Source: Antedon mediterranea (Eukaryota; Animalia; Echinodermata). From it: a stretch of 64,000 nt of DNA. The position numbers were made by a program, and so were the translations under genes. The notes under the pieces are model-generated. The model made no database searches. It saw only the letters and a program-made list of their open reading frames with translations, and was not told where the DNA came from. Positions 54,421 to 64,000 of this stretch are shown here, in pieces. How positions within the stretch are numbered: the first letter of the stretch is position 1; each line of letters starts with the position of its first letter. The stretch is taken from NCBI RefSeq assembly GCF_964355755.1, contig NC_092672.1, forward strand, positions 11,594,001 to 11,658,000. The letters are read 5' to 3'.

Positions 54421-56424
54421 CTTATTTTAAGTGACTGAAAAAAGGTGGTAGAAGTGTAGCTTCGGATTTAAAATGTCTACTATTGTTTATATAAGCCAAC
54501 ATTGATAATAATAATCCTTATAAGAAGCCACTTATTTTTCATCGGCGGTAAAGTACTATGATCATCTTGAAATAAGCCAATTTTGTAAGTGTTGCTATAT
54601 GAATTTTTTTGGAATGTTATAAGATACAACATTCATCAAAATTGTCTGCCTTTATGCAAAATTCGCTTCAGATGTATTTTAATTATCTGAAACGTAGCCT
54701 ATATTTAAATCTTACTGGGCATAAAGATCGGTTCCATTTGAACACAACACAAGGACGTAAGCGCATCGCGCGCAAGCGAGTTGAACAATGACAAGCGAAA
54801 GTCCGGATAATCCATCACGTGATTGTAAGACGTGACGAAACGAAAAGTGAGTGACGGCAACACCAGTTCAAATAATCCATCGCTTGTGATTGGTAAATTT
54901 ACTTGCGTTGCGCTTACGTCCTTGCATTGCGTCCAAGTGGGAAACAAGCTCCCGTCGGATGACATATTAAAAAACTAAGACCAATTGTGTGTAAAGAGGA
55001 CTTTGCTAATTTGATTTAGGTAGACCAAATACAATGGGATTTCTTCAATGTGAAAACAGGTAGAAAAACAAGCACAGTCATGTTAAGGCGATGTAATGCA
55101 CCCCCCCACCCCCCATACATCGTTAAACGTTAAAGCGTGGTTCCCACTAGGACGCTACGTAACGCAACGCAGCGACGTATTGACGTAAAGTGCTGTATTG
55201 CGTAATCACAAGTGGGAACCGACGACACATATAGTGCTGCAAACATCGCAGATTTTATTTCGCGCAGGCGGGGGAAAACACAATTATCGGAAGGGTATTT
55301 TCTTATGTTGCGATACGTAGGTTACGTTACGTTGTGTTGCTAGTGGGAACCACGCTTTTCATCCTGAAACAGGAAACAGAATCCATTTGGCCGAAGTCAG
55401 CTTTGACCGATTGGGTTTTATTTTATATTCGTTTCTTTCTTTACCCAGTCAGCAATTACCCAGTTATCTCTCCCGTTCATGTGGTTTTCATGTCACATAG
55501 GGGTTAGTATAGTCAAAATTCTAAGAAAGGAAAAGATAGTCAAATAACATAGTACAGTCTTAATTCTCCTTACACATAATAATATGTACCTACAGAGTGT
55601 CATAAATATAAACCAAGCTTTCACAATAGATGACACGATATAGGCCTGCATCAGCCATTCTAACGTAACAATCAACGACTAATGTAACATTAACCACTAA
55701 CGTAACAATTTCATTAAGCGCGTGGTTCCCACTAGAACGCAACGCAGCGACGTATTGACACAAAGTGATGTATTGCGTAATCACAAGTGGGAACCGACGA
55801 CGCAACAGTTCTGCAAACATCGCAGGTTTGAATTCACACTGGCGGGGGCAAATACAATGATTGGAAGGGCATTTTCTTACGTTGCGTAGATTACGTTACG
55901 TTACGTCGCTAGTGGGAACCACGCTTTAACCACTAACGTAACAACAGTTTAACCACTAAAGCGGGGTTCCCACTGGCGACGCAACGCAAGGACGTAACGC
56001 AACGCAATTGAATTGACCAATCACAAGCGATGGCTTATTCGCTTTTGATTGCTAACTGTCTATAACTTCGCTTGTCATTGGTTAAAACGCTTGCGTTGCG
56101 TTTACGTCCTTGCGTTACGTTCTAGTGGGAACCAAGCTTAAAGCTTGGTTCCCATTAGGACGCAACGCAAGGACGTAGACGCAACGCAAGGTGATTTGAC
56201 CAATCTCAAGCGAAGGATTGGTCAACTCACTTTGAAGAACGCAACGCAACGACGTATTGACGCAAAGTGCTGTATGGTGTAATCACAAGTGGGAACCGAC
56301 GACGCAACAGTGCTGCAAAAATCGGTTTGATTTCACGCAAGCGGGGACAAACACAATTATTAGAAGGGCATTTGCTTACGTTGCGTAGATTGCGTTACGG
56401 TGCGTCGCTAGTGGGAAACAAGCT
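54205..56424. mobile_element. Cluster of about 6 related PIF/Harbinger-like MITEs (AGC(G/T)TGGTTCCCACTAG TIR)
   Basis: Copies at ~54205-54344, 54725-54950, 55134-55356, 55718-55926, 55960-56138 and 56141-56424, with TWA-like flanks and ACGCAACGCAAGGACG internal motifs. Confidence 0.85.
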
Positions 56425-56769
56425 TTAATGTTACATTAGTGGTTGATTATTACGTTAGTGGGTTATACAAGGCCTACCAATCAGGCTAATATAATTCGAT
56501 TCCAACATTATATTATCACTGTATTATATAAACAAAATGAATGGGCTATGTTAAGTGTGTACAATGTTGCTTCTTATATTGGACGACCTGTTTTATTAAT
56601 ACCTTTATTTAAAAAATTTTAGAATGTCACTGTTTATGTTTATTAGCCTATACTAATTGCGAAAACAAATATAAAACAAGGGAATCTATACCCGTTTATA
56701 TATTCACATTAATTTAATGGTTGCCCTTGATCATTAATGTAAGTTCTAATCCATCCTAATGTTTGTTTT

Positions 56770-56783
56770 AACCAATGAAAGCC
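56770..56783 (+). promoter_or_regulatory. Conserved CCAAT-box motif upstream of Ig copies 2-4 (also at 59156 and 61005)
   Basis: AACCAATGAA(A/C)G lies 164, 145 and 177 bp upstream of the respective ATGs, followed by an AT-rich/TATA-like segment. Confidence 0.55.
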
Positions 56784-56933
56784 TAATTATAAAAGTTTAT
56801 GTAAATAATAGAATAATATAATATTTACCGAAGCACGTTCTGAAATAAATAGAATTAAACAGTGTTCAGTAGTATCCGTGAGAAATTGACAGGTTGGTGC
56901 TCACAAGGACGTCTGAAGAACGTCTGTGTCGTA

Positions 56934-57646
56934 ATGTTACGTTTAAGTGTAGCGAATATGTTTATTATTTTCTGTTAAATCAGGGTTCATGGTTAAACGT
57001 ATCAGTTCAACCAACAGATGGGGGAACTTTAGAGAAATCGCCTACTGGTGCCATCCAAGTAATTGTTGGACAGTCGTTCAACTTAACTTGTAGAATAGGA
57101 AACTTAAGCAGTACCGAAAGCCGTGCTTGGGCTAGAGTACAAAACAATTATACGTTGTTATCTGTTGAAGATCAAATTTACTTTTCAGGCGGAAACTACA
57201 AAGTATATTTAAGCCCAGAATATACTGTGATCATCACGAACGCAACTAAGTCTATGGCAGGTCGTTACTATTGCGGTGTTGTTACGTCAGATAAGAAATC
57301 TAACGTTTTCCTTTTTAAGGAGTTGGCAGGTGTTTCTGTTTATGTTTTACCAGGACCTCTTACAACAGTCCCATCTAGATTCCCCAGATATCTTACTATT
57401 GTACAGGAGACCAGTGTTTCAAACGGGAAGGAAAACTTTGTTTCCGAATCGATGGAGTACCAACAGACAACATCTGAATCGATGGAGTACCAGCAGCAGA
57501 CAAGAACCAAACCTACAGTTCCTCAACCTGAGAGTAACCTGCCAAACTCGGATGCCAACGGAAACGACAAAATTACAGGCAGAATGGGATTCATTTTTAT
57601 TATGACATTGCTTGGCTTAATAACAACCGATATCTCGCAAACATAG
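56934..57646 (+). pseudogene. Single-Ig surface protein, copy 2, with a 1-nt frameshift in the signal peptide (pseudogene or assembly error)
   Basis: ATG 56934 reads MLRLSVANMFIIF (compare copy 3, MLRLSLTSFVIIF) and then stops. Adding one T to ATTATTTTCTG (~56970) joins the intact ORF FNLTC..RAWAR..MAGRYYC..stalk..GFIFIMTLLGLI. Confidence 0.8.
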
Positions 57647-58119
57647 GACAAGAATATCAACAATAACATTCGTCACGAAGTAAAAGATTCGTCATTTGAA
57701 ATGTTTTGTTTACAAATGATATATTTATCTAACTAAAACCATATCATCTAGTAGAGACCATTGTAATTAAACTAAACGGGAGTGTACCAGATGACTAAGC
57801 TTATCATAATTATTATATTTCTTTCGAAACGTAATATAATTGTTTTGTTGTTAAATAATATGTTTCTCTTTATCAATGGTGTCTCTGAATCATGCATAGT
57901 TTTTCCGCCCTTCTTAGGAGCAGGAAATTAGAAACTCTTATGCCATGTTAAGTTGTTTGTTCATTCATTACAATTTGGCGAGGATGGATTTCAACTTTTA
58001 CCAAGCAACAAATGCTAGTAAAGTATATTCATTGTATTTGGTAATAGTATACTGTTTTAAGATCATTTTTATTTTCATCATAACATAATTATTATTAAAT
58101 CAAGACATTATCTTCATTT

Positions 58120-58235
58120 TGAGACTGATACCCCCGATTACTATTGTACCGTAGAAACCAGTGATTCAAACGGAAAGGGAAACATTGTTGTCGGATCGGC
58201 ATTTATTTATATCATTACATTGTTTAGTATTATAA
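58120..58235 (+). pseudogene. Degenerate 3' fragment (stalk/GPI tail) of an additional Ig-family copy
   Basis: TTACTATTGTACCGTAGAAACCAGTGATTCAAACGGAAAGGGAAAC resembles copy 2 at 57392-57437; followed by ATTTATTTATATCATTACATTG, resembling the hydrophobic tail. Confidence 0.5.
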
Positions 58236-59300
58236 CTTATTAAAAGTGCAAGTGAGTGCCCGAATGTCAGAATTAGAACGCTTCTCATCCTGCCACAATC
58301 ATCGGCTGAAATAATTGATTTTACCCGCAGAGAGCGAAAGCCGTAAACTTAGCCTAGGTCGTCGTAGGCCAATTGTTTGCAGACAAACCATGAACTTTCG
58401 GGTCTGACAAGCAATATAGCGTGACAAGAGGTCACATTTCTGTCAAAAATTTTTCTGCAAGGCAGCATTAATTTCCCCAAAACACATACGCCTAGTAGGC
58501 CTACAATATTATTCAGTATGGTTCGGAAGAATATTTAAAGAATGAAATGAAACACTGAGGCTTGAACTAAACAACTAACGAGTAATAATACGTCATAAAA
58601 CTGGAAAACACTTTAAGTATAGTTCCTTGTAATACATGACGTGTGTTTCTTATTTTAGAAACAAATATTCGTGTTAGAATAGTTCTGCTATTAGTAATTT
58701 CTAATAGCAAGTTTTTTTTACAAATTTACGTTGCAATTGTCTTATGTAATCACATTATAAAAGTGTATACATATGTAATTATGATATACAGGCCTAGTTA
58801 TACCCCAACCACTTTCATTCAGAATTGGTACTGTTATTAATCAGAATAATGCATATTTCTAAATTACCTTATCAATTAAATACTTGAGTGGAAAGTAACA
58901 CATGCATGCTTATAGGAATAGTATTATGGACAATGATTTTTAATTTATTTTTTTTATATTAAAAAAAAAAGATACAAAAATAAAAACAAAAATAGATAAA
59001 ACAAAAAACAAAATGGCATGCATGCATATTCATTATTGCGTGTATCCAGTTGTATTAGTCATAACATAAAACTTTAATATGAAGAACGTTATACTGGTAT
59101 AGTCCACAGACTTTTATTTTGGTGATTGACATTTCAACGGTACGACGGTTGGTCTAACCAATGAACGTTCATAATTTGTAGTTTATTAATAAATTAATAA
59201 ATCAATATAGAGGTAAGTACGCACGACATGGTTTTATTAATAACAGTTTGGTGACCAAGCATAGTTATAAACGTAATAGTCTATTGAGTTCAATATCATT

Positions 59301-59957
59301 ATGCTACGCTTAAGTTTGACAAGTTTTGTTATTATCTTTGTATTCGAACTAACAGATGGAGCAAAGCTATATAAAGCTCCGAGTAACATCAACGTTAAGG
59401 TTGGCGAGTCGTTTAACTTATCTTGTGGAATCTCAAATGTAAAGGGGAATAAAAGTCGTACTTGGACCAGAATGGTTGATGGTAAATACTCTCTTGTATC
59501 TTTTGGAGAGAGTTTATATCCGCCGTATAGCAGCTACAAAGTATCTTCAGCATCGGATTATACTGTGACGATTACCAACGTTGCTCCTTCTATGGCTGGT
59601 AATTACAGTTGTGGCGTGGCGTGGATAATGGAACAAGACAACGTATTCTTTTTCGAAAGCTTGGCATCCATCAACGTATCTGTCACGGTACAACGTGCTC
59701 CTACAACAACTGGGCCTGGGTATGTTGTTATCAAACAGGAAAACATTTATCCTACTGATAGTCAACCTTTCAATCATCATACAACATATGAATCGATGGA
59801 GTACCAGCAGCAGACAAGAAACAAACCTACAGTGTCTCAACCTGAGAGTAACCTGCCAAACTCGGATTCGGATGTCAACGGAAATGACAAAATTACAGGC
59901 AGAATGGGATTTATTTTTATTATAACATTGCTTGGCTATATCTCGCGACAAGAATAA
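59301..59957 (+). CDS. Single-Ig surface protein, copy 3 (intact)
   Basis: Intronless 218-aa ORF: signal MLRLSLTSFVIIFVFELTDG; FNLSC..RTWTR..MAGNYSC; S/T/Q stalk; tail GFIFIITLLGYI. Confidence 0.88.
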   Translation: MLRLSLTSFVIIFVFELTDGAKLYKAPSNINVKVGESFNLSCGISNVKGNKSRTWTRMVDGKYSLVSFGESLYPPYSSYKVSSASDYTVTITNVAPSMAGNYSCGVAWIMEQDNVFFFESLASINVSVTVQRAPTTTGPGYVVIKQENIYPTDSQPFNHHTTYESMEYQQQTRNKPTVSQPESNLPNSDSDVNGNDKITGRMGFIFIITLLGYISRQE

Positions 59958-61181
59958 TAAATAATAATATTCGTCGCGAAGTAAAAGATTCGTCATTTGG
60001 AATGTTTTGTAAATGATATATTTATCTAATACAACCATCTATGAGGTATAGACACCATCGTAATTATTTTGTTAGGTAATACTATTAGTAGTTAATTAAA
60101 TTTCAATATAAAAAAGAAGTAATAAAGAAATGTATTTGCCTCATAATAATGTATAAGTTACGATTAATCATGAGATAGGTGGACACAATGCAAACACATA
60201 TTTGTGGAAATAACTGTCATCAGAGGAATACCATCTGCACAAAACGTAGTTTTGATAATGTTATAACTTTATAAAACAACAATTTCGTTGCTGGGTTTTC
60301 TTAAATCATACTTTCTTGTTTAATGTTTTCGACGGAGTATTCGTAATAAAAACAGATTTAACGCACTCTCGTGGTGGCTATTATACTTATTACAAATTCA
60401 GCAAACAGACCAAAAGGAAGTCATGGTCTCTTCAACGATAATAATATAAATACAGATACATTTTAGAAGCTCGAATTGACACGATGAATTAAATTTTCCG
60501 AGAACCATTATACGTGTGAAACTTATCAGAGAATATGCCCGCACCTCTAGTAATAAACAATCTTTTCTTCTGAAAACCCGAACAAACTAAATTCTGCCTG
60601 AAAAAAGTATAGAAGTATGATAAAAGATAACTCCTCCCCCACACCAAAAAAACCCACAAACATGTCCATTTTAGTCCATTGATAGGGTTAATACTTTCAT
60701 TCTTATATATTTGAAAGACGAATTATCACTGTGTTTCGTTAATAAACTTCATAATTGGCTTGTTCAAACCATTCCTCCATGTTCAAACCTGCAGGAATCC
60801 ATATTCTTCTATTTTCTACTGTGATTGACCAACTGCACTCACCAAAGCTTTCTTGTCCATCAATTGTTAATTCATCTATCTCAAACAGAACAAGCCTAAA
60901 GACGGTAAAATATATTTGACCGAAATTCAACACCTTAATACAAATCATAAGGCGCCGACAAATTTTAAGACCGACATTTAATACCCGTAGTCAACAATCA
61001 ATGTAACCAATGAACGCCTGCTATTTGTCTATTATAATCAACAAATTAATATTGATAGAAGAGCGCATGCTCAGAATGAAAAGAAAGGGTACATGTACCT
61101 AAAAGTTTACTACTAAACGACAGTGTGCAGACCGCGCAGGACAGTAAAACATTGAATAATACTGTGTTACACCCTATTAAT

Positions 61182-61785
61182 ATGCTACTCTTAAAAAGAT
61201 TAGACAGTTTGGTTATTATATTTGTTTTAAAATTGTCAGTTAAGCTAGCAGATGGAGCGAGTTTATATAAAGCTCCGAGTGACATCAACGTTTTTGTTGG
61301 CGAGTCATTTAACCTAACTTGTGGAATCACAGATGGAAGAGCAGTGAAAGTCGTTCTTGGGTCAGAGTGAATAATGACTTATCATTATCATTCGTATCTT
61401 TTGAAGATCGCACATTCCCTCCGTTTGAAAATTACGAAGTATCACTAACACCGGATTATACTGTAATTGTCACGGATGCGACTTCGTCTTTATCGGGTGT
61501 GTACCGCTGTGGTGTTGCCATAAGTACTGGAAAGACCACGTATTCCTTTAATAAATTGGCAACATTCAACCTACCCAGGCCACTTCACTGACAACAGAAA
61601 TATCTCAACCAGCGATGTCTGAGGAAACTACAGAACAGACCACTGCATCGGATACGAAAATGATTACAAACGATACACACATGATAGAAACAACACCATC
61701 TAGTGAGTTATTAGATCATAATGGAAAAGGGGATATTACCGTTGGATTGGTATTCATTTCTTGCATTACTTTTATTGGTGTATAA
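61182..61785 (+). pseudogene. Single-Ig surface protein, copy 4, with two frameshifts
   Basis: MLLLKRLDSLVIIFV..ADGASLYKAPSDINVFVGESFNLTCGITDG; shift at ~61337 into SSESRSWVR..LSGVYRCGV; second shift at ~61570 into a Thr-rich stalk ending VGLVFISCITFIGV* (61783-61785). Confidence 0.8.
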
Positions 61786-61932
61786 ATGGCTTACTAAAGA
61801 GATTTGATTCGTAAAAACAATCTCCACCTGATCTGAACATAAAACTGCAATGGATTTACCCAAACAATTACCGTACACTAGTAAAAGTTAAGGTTTGAAT
61901 GCAATTTTGACAACCAATACTTGATAAATGCT

Positions 61933-62130
61933 ATGGGATTCATTTTTATTATGACATTGCTTGGCTTAATAACAACCGATATCTCGCGAACATAGGACAA
62001 GAATATCAACAATAACATTCGTCGCGAAGTAAAAGATTTGTCATTTGGAATGTTTAAATGATATATGTATCTATTAATACAACCATACCATCTATCAAAT
62101 ATAGAGACCAGTACCAGTATGACTAAACTT
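61933..62130 (+). repeat. Orphan duplicate of the copy-2 GPI tail and 3' UTR
   Basis: ATGGGATTCATTTTTATTATGACATTGCTTGGCTTAATAACAACCGATATCTCGC.AACATAGGACAAG is near-identical to 57584 onward. Confidence 0.85.
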
Positions 62131-62438
62131 CAAATAATTACTATAAATCTTTCGATAGGTAATGTTATGCATATTATAATGTTGTTACTTTCTCTTTACT
62201 CTGGTTTCTATGAATCATGGAATGAAATTAAAAGTAGAATAGGCCTATAATAAGTATTGTTAAAAAATCCGGCTCTATAGCTTTGAGGACATGACCCTGT
62301 AGTATACCTATGCCAAATCCCAGCTCAATACTACAACGAATAAGGGAGGAGTAGTACTTTATAAATCGCAGTTGTTTCGATTGGTACCATGTTTATGACG
62401 TCATAATTCTGCATCCGGTTGAATGAAGTACGAACATT

Positions 62439-63287
62439 TTTAGTCGCGTGGAAGCGACTCTATAGTTCACTAAGTCGGTCGGTCGGTCTGTCTGTCTGTC
62501 TGTCTGTCGGTCTGTCTGTCGGTCTGTCTGTCGGTCTGTCTGTCGGTCTGTCTGTCTGTCTGTCTGTCGGTCCGGTATCACTATGCGTTTTATCGCTTTA
62601 TGACCTTATCTTGATATCAGTTTAATCTAGCTAAGTCAATTTTTCACAGAATATTCCTTATGGCCAGGAATCGATGTGGTTATGTTTTCACGGTGCGCAA
62701 TAAAAAATTACGCGGTCTACGCACGATTTAACGAAATCACGTTTGTAATCATATCTTAACAACCATGAATCACAATTAAATAAAATTTGGTACTCATAAA
62801 TTTCAGGGCATAAATCATCATATGGCAATACAATTACGTGCGTAGCGCATGTAACGCATGCGTACGCGCGCTTAAAATTGTCAAAATTTATTTTCGATGA
62901 AATAAGAGTACGTTTCAGGCAATTTTAAGCGTTTACAAAATTGCCATGAGTGCGCAGATTTTTGCGCGCGCACTGCGCGTTAAATGTTATTGCGCACACT
63001 TTTTGCCCGATTTCTGTTTTCTTGACTTAATTTTCAACTCGAAATTACGTTATACGAGCACGTCAAATGTGACAGGCTACGCACGTGTAAATTTAAAAAA
63101 TATAAATGTTTTTAAACATTTCAACATTTTTAAACATGTTTAGTAATTTCGGTCAGTATAGTTCACTATGTCGGTCGGTCCGTCCGTCTGTCTGTCGGTC
63201 TGTCTGTCTGTCTGTCGGTCTGTTTGTCTGTCGGTCCGGTATCGCTATGCATTGTAGCACGCGACTTAATGGCTGTTGGCCTTGTTT
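62439..63287 (+). mobile_element. Helentron-associated non-autonomous element (HINE, DINE-1-like architecture)
   Basis: Starts in a T run; 5' subTIR plus hairpin AGTCGCGTGGAAGCGACT; (GTCT/GTCG)n microsatellites; 3' subTIR CACGCGACT; hairpin GGCTGTTGGCC; ends TTGTTT. Confidence 0.8.
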
Positions 63288-63429
63288 CTCTATAGCTTTG
63301 TTCACCTATTATGCATGCCATGTTTCAGAGCCGTCAGACGACGCGTAAAGAACTAGTAGGACTTGAAATTTGGCTCAATAGTGTCAAGATGGAAGAGGAG
63401 GAAGAGGAAGAGGAAGAGAAGATGAGCGA

Positions 63430-63594
63430 GCCCTATACTCGGGTACCCCGCCCTGAGTCAAAACAGCCATTCTGCGATGAGAGTCACAAAGGAACAGAAT
63501 TTAAACCATTCAGAATAAAATTTGATCAAAGCAAGTCCGTCAATGTAAACAGACGAGTAACCCACCATATTGTGATATGATGCACGTATCGTAA
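63430..63594 (+). pseudogene. CISD3/MiNT-like CDGSH iron-sulfur protein remnant
   Basis: SKQPFCDESHKGTEFKPFRIKFDQSKSV, then after a frameshift QCKQTSNPPYCDMMHVS*: two CDGSH-like units, intronless, with the upstream Cys ligands missing. Confidence 0.7.
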
Positions 63595-64000
63595 TTAGAA
63601 ATTAGAAAGGGATTTAGGTTAGTTGAATACTGTGGTGCAAAAGCAGTGATTGACTTGGCAAAAGATATTATCAGAAATTTATAAAATTGTAATTTTCTTG
63701 ATTGGTTTTGTTTTTAGTATAATATACAATGCAAAGCATGGATTAACATATTATATAAATACAACCTATTCTTCTCCCATATTACTACTTCATTTCTTTC
63801 TTTTTTTTTTCGATAAAAATAGTTTATCTTGTAGTTGTGCAGTTTTCAATAGTTTAAAATAAAAAGATAATTTCCTCAAAGGAAAAATGAAATAACAATA
63901 CACATTTTCAAATTTAATCTCTTCCCGACGATTAGTTTCCAGAAATTTATCAAATTGTGGTAATTTTTAAGGTGTGGTTTTAGTTGATTTCTGTAAAATC

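Noticed and set aside
59547-60038. 163-aa minus-strand ORF
   Set aside because: Antisense shadow of Ig copy 3.
53065-61785. RAG-type V(D)J rearrangement of the Ig genes
   Set aside because: Each copy is a complete intronless unit, and I saw no heptamer-spacer-nonamer signals abutting the Ig domains.
62393-62625. ORFs of (TDRQ)n and (LSVG)n
   Set aside because: Microsatellite within the HINE.

Overview
AT-rich, intron-containing eukaryotic (invertebrate animal) genomic DNA. The organism cannot be identified from sequence alone. Four spliced host genes can be assembled with canonical GT-AG sites. (1) A minus-strand DEDDh 3'-5' exonuclease with a PML/Plex9/Exuperantia-like helical extension and a disordered tail (406-8335). 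(2) FTSJ1/TRM7 tRNA 2'-O-methyltransferase on plus (13528-27573), whose 9.4-kb first intron is packed with DNA transposons. (3) A minus-strand helical-repeat + TPR + MYND-finger gene (29924-40542), with one junction unresolved. (4) LPCAT3/MBOAT5 on minus (42954-51709). The last 11 kb holds the most unusual feature: a tandem cluster of four intronless genes, each encoding signal peptide + single Ig domain + Thr/Ser stalk + GPI-like tail. The Ig domains are divergent, two copies share near-identical 3' ends, three share a CCAAT motif, two are frameshifted, and a nested MITE pile-up lies inside the cluster. Also present: a minimal Penelope-type hammerhead ribozyme, a broken Sola-like transposase, foldback/MULE-like elements, Kolobok-, PIF- and Tc1-type MITEs, Helentron-type HINEs, CR1 and L2 remnants, SINE remnants and a CISD3-like pseudogene.
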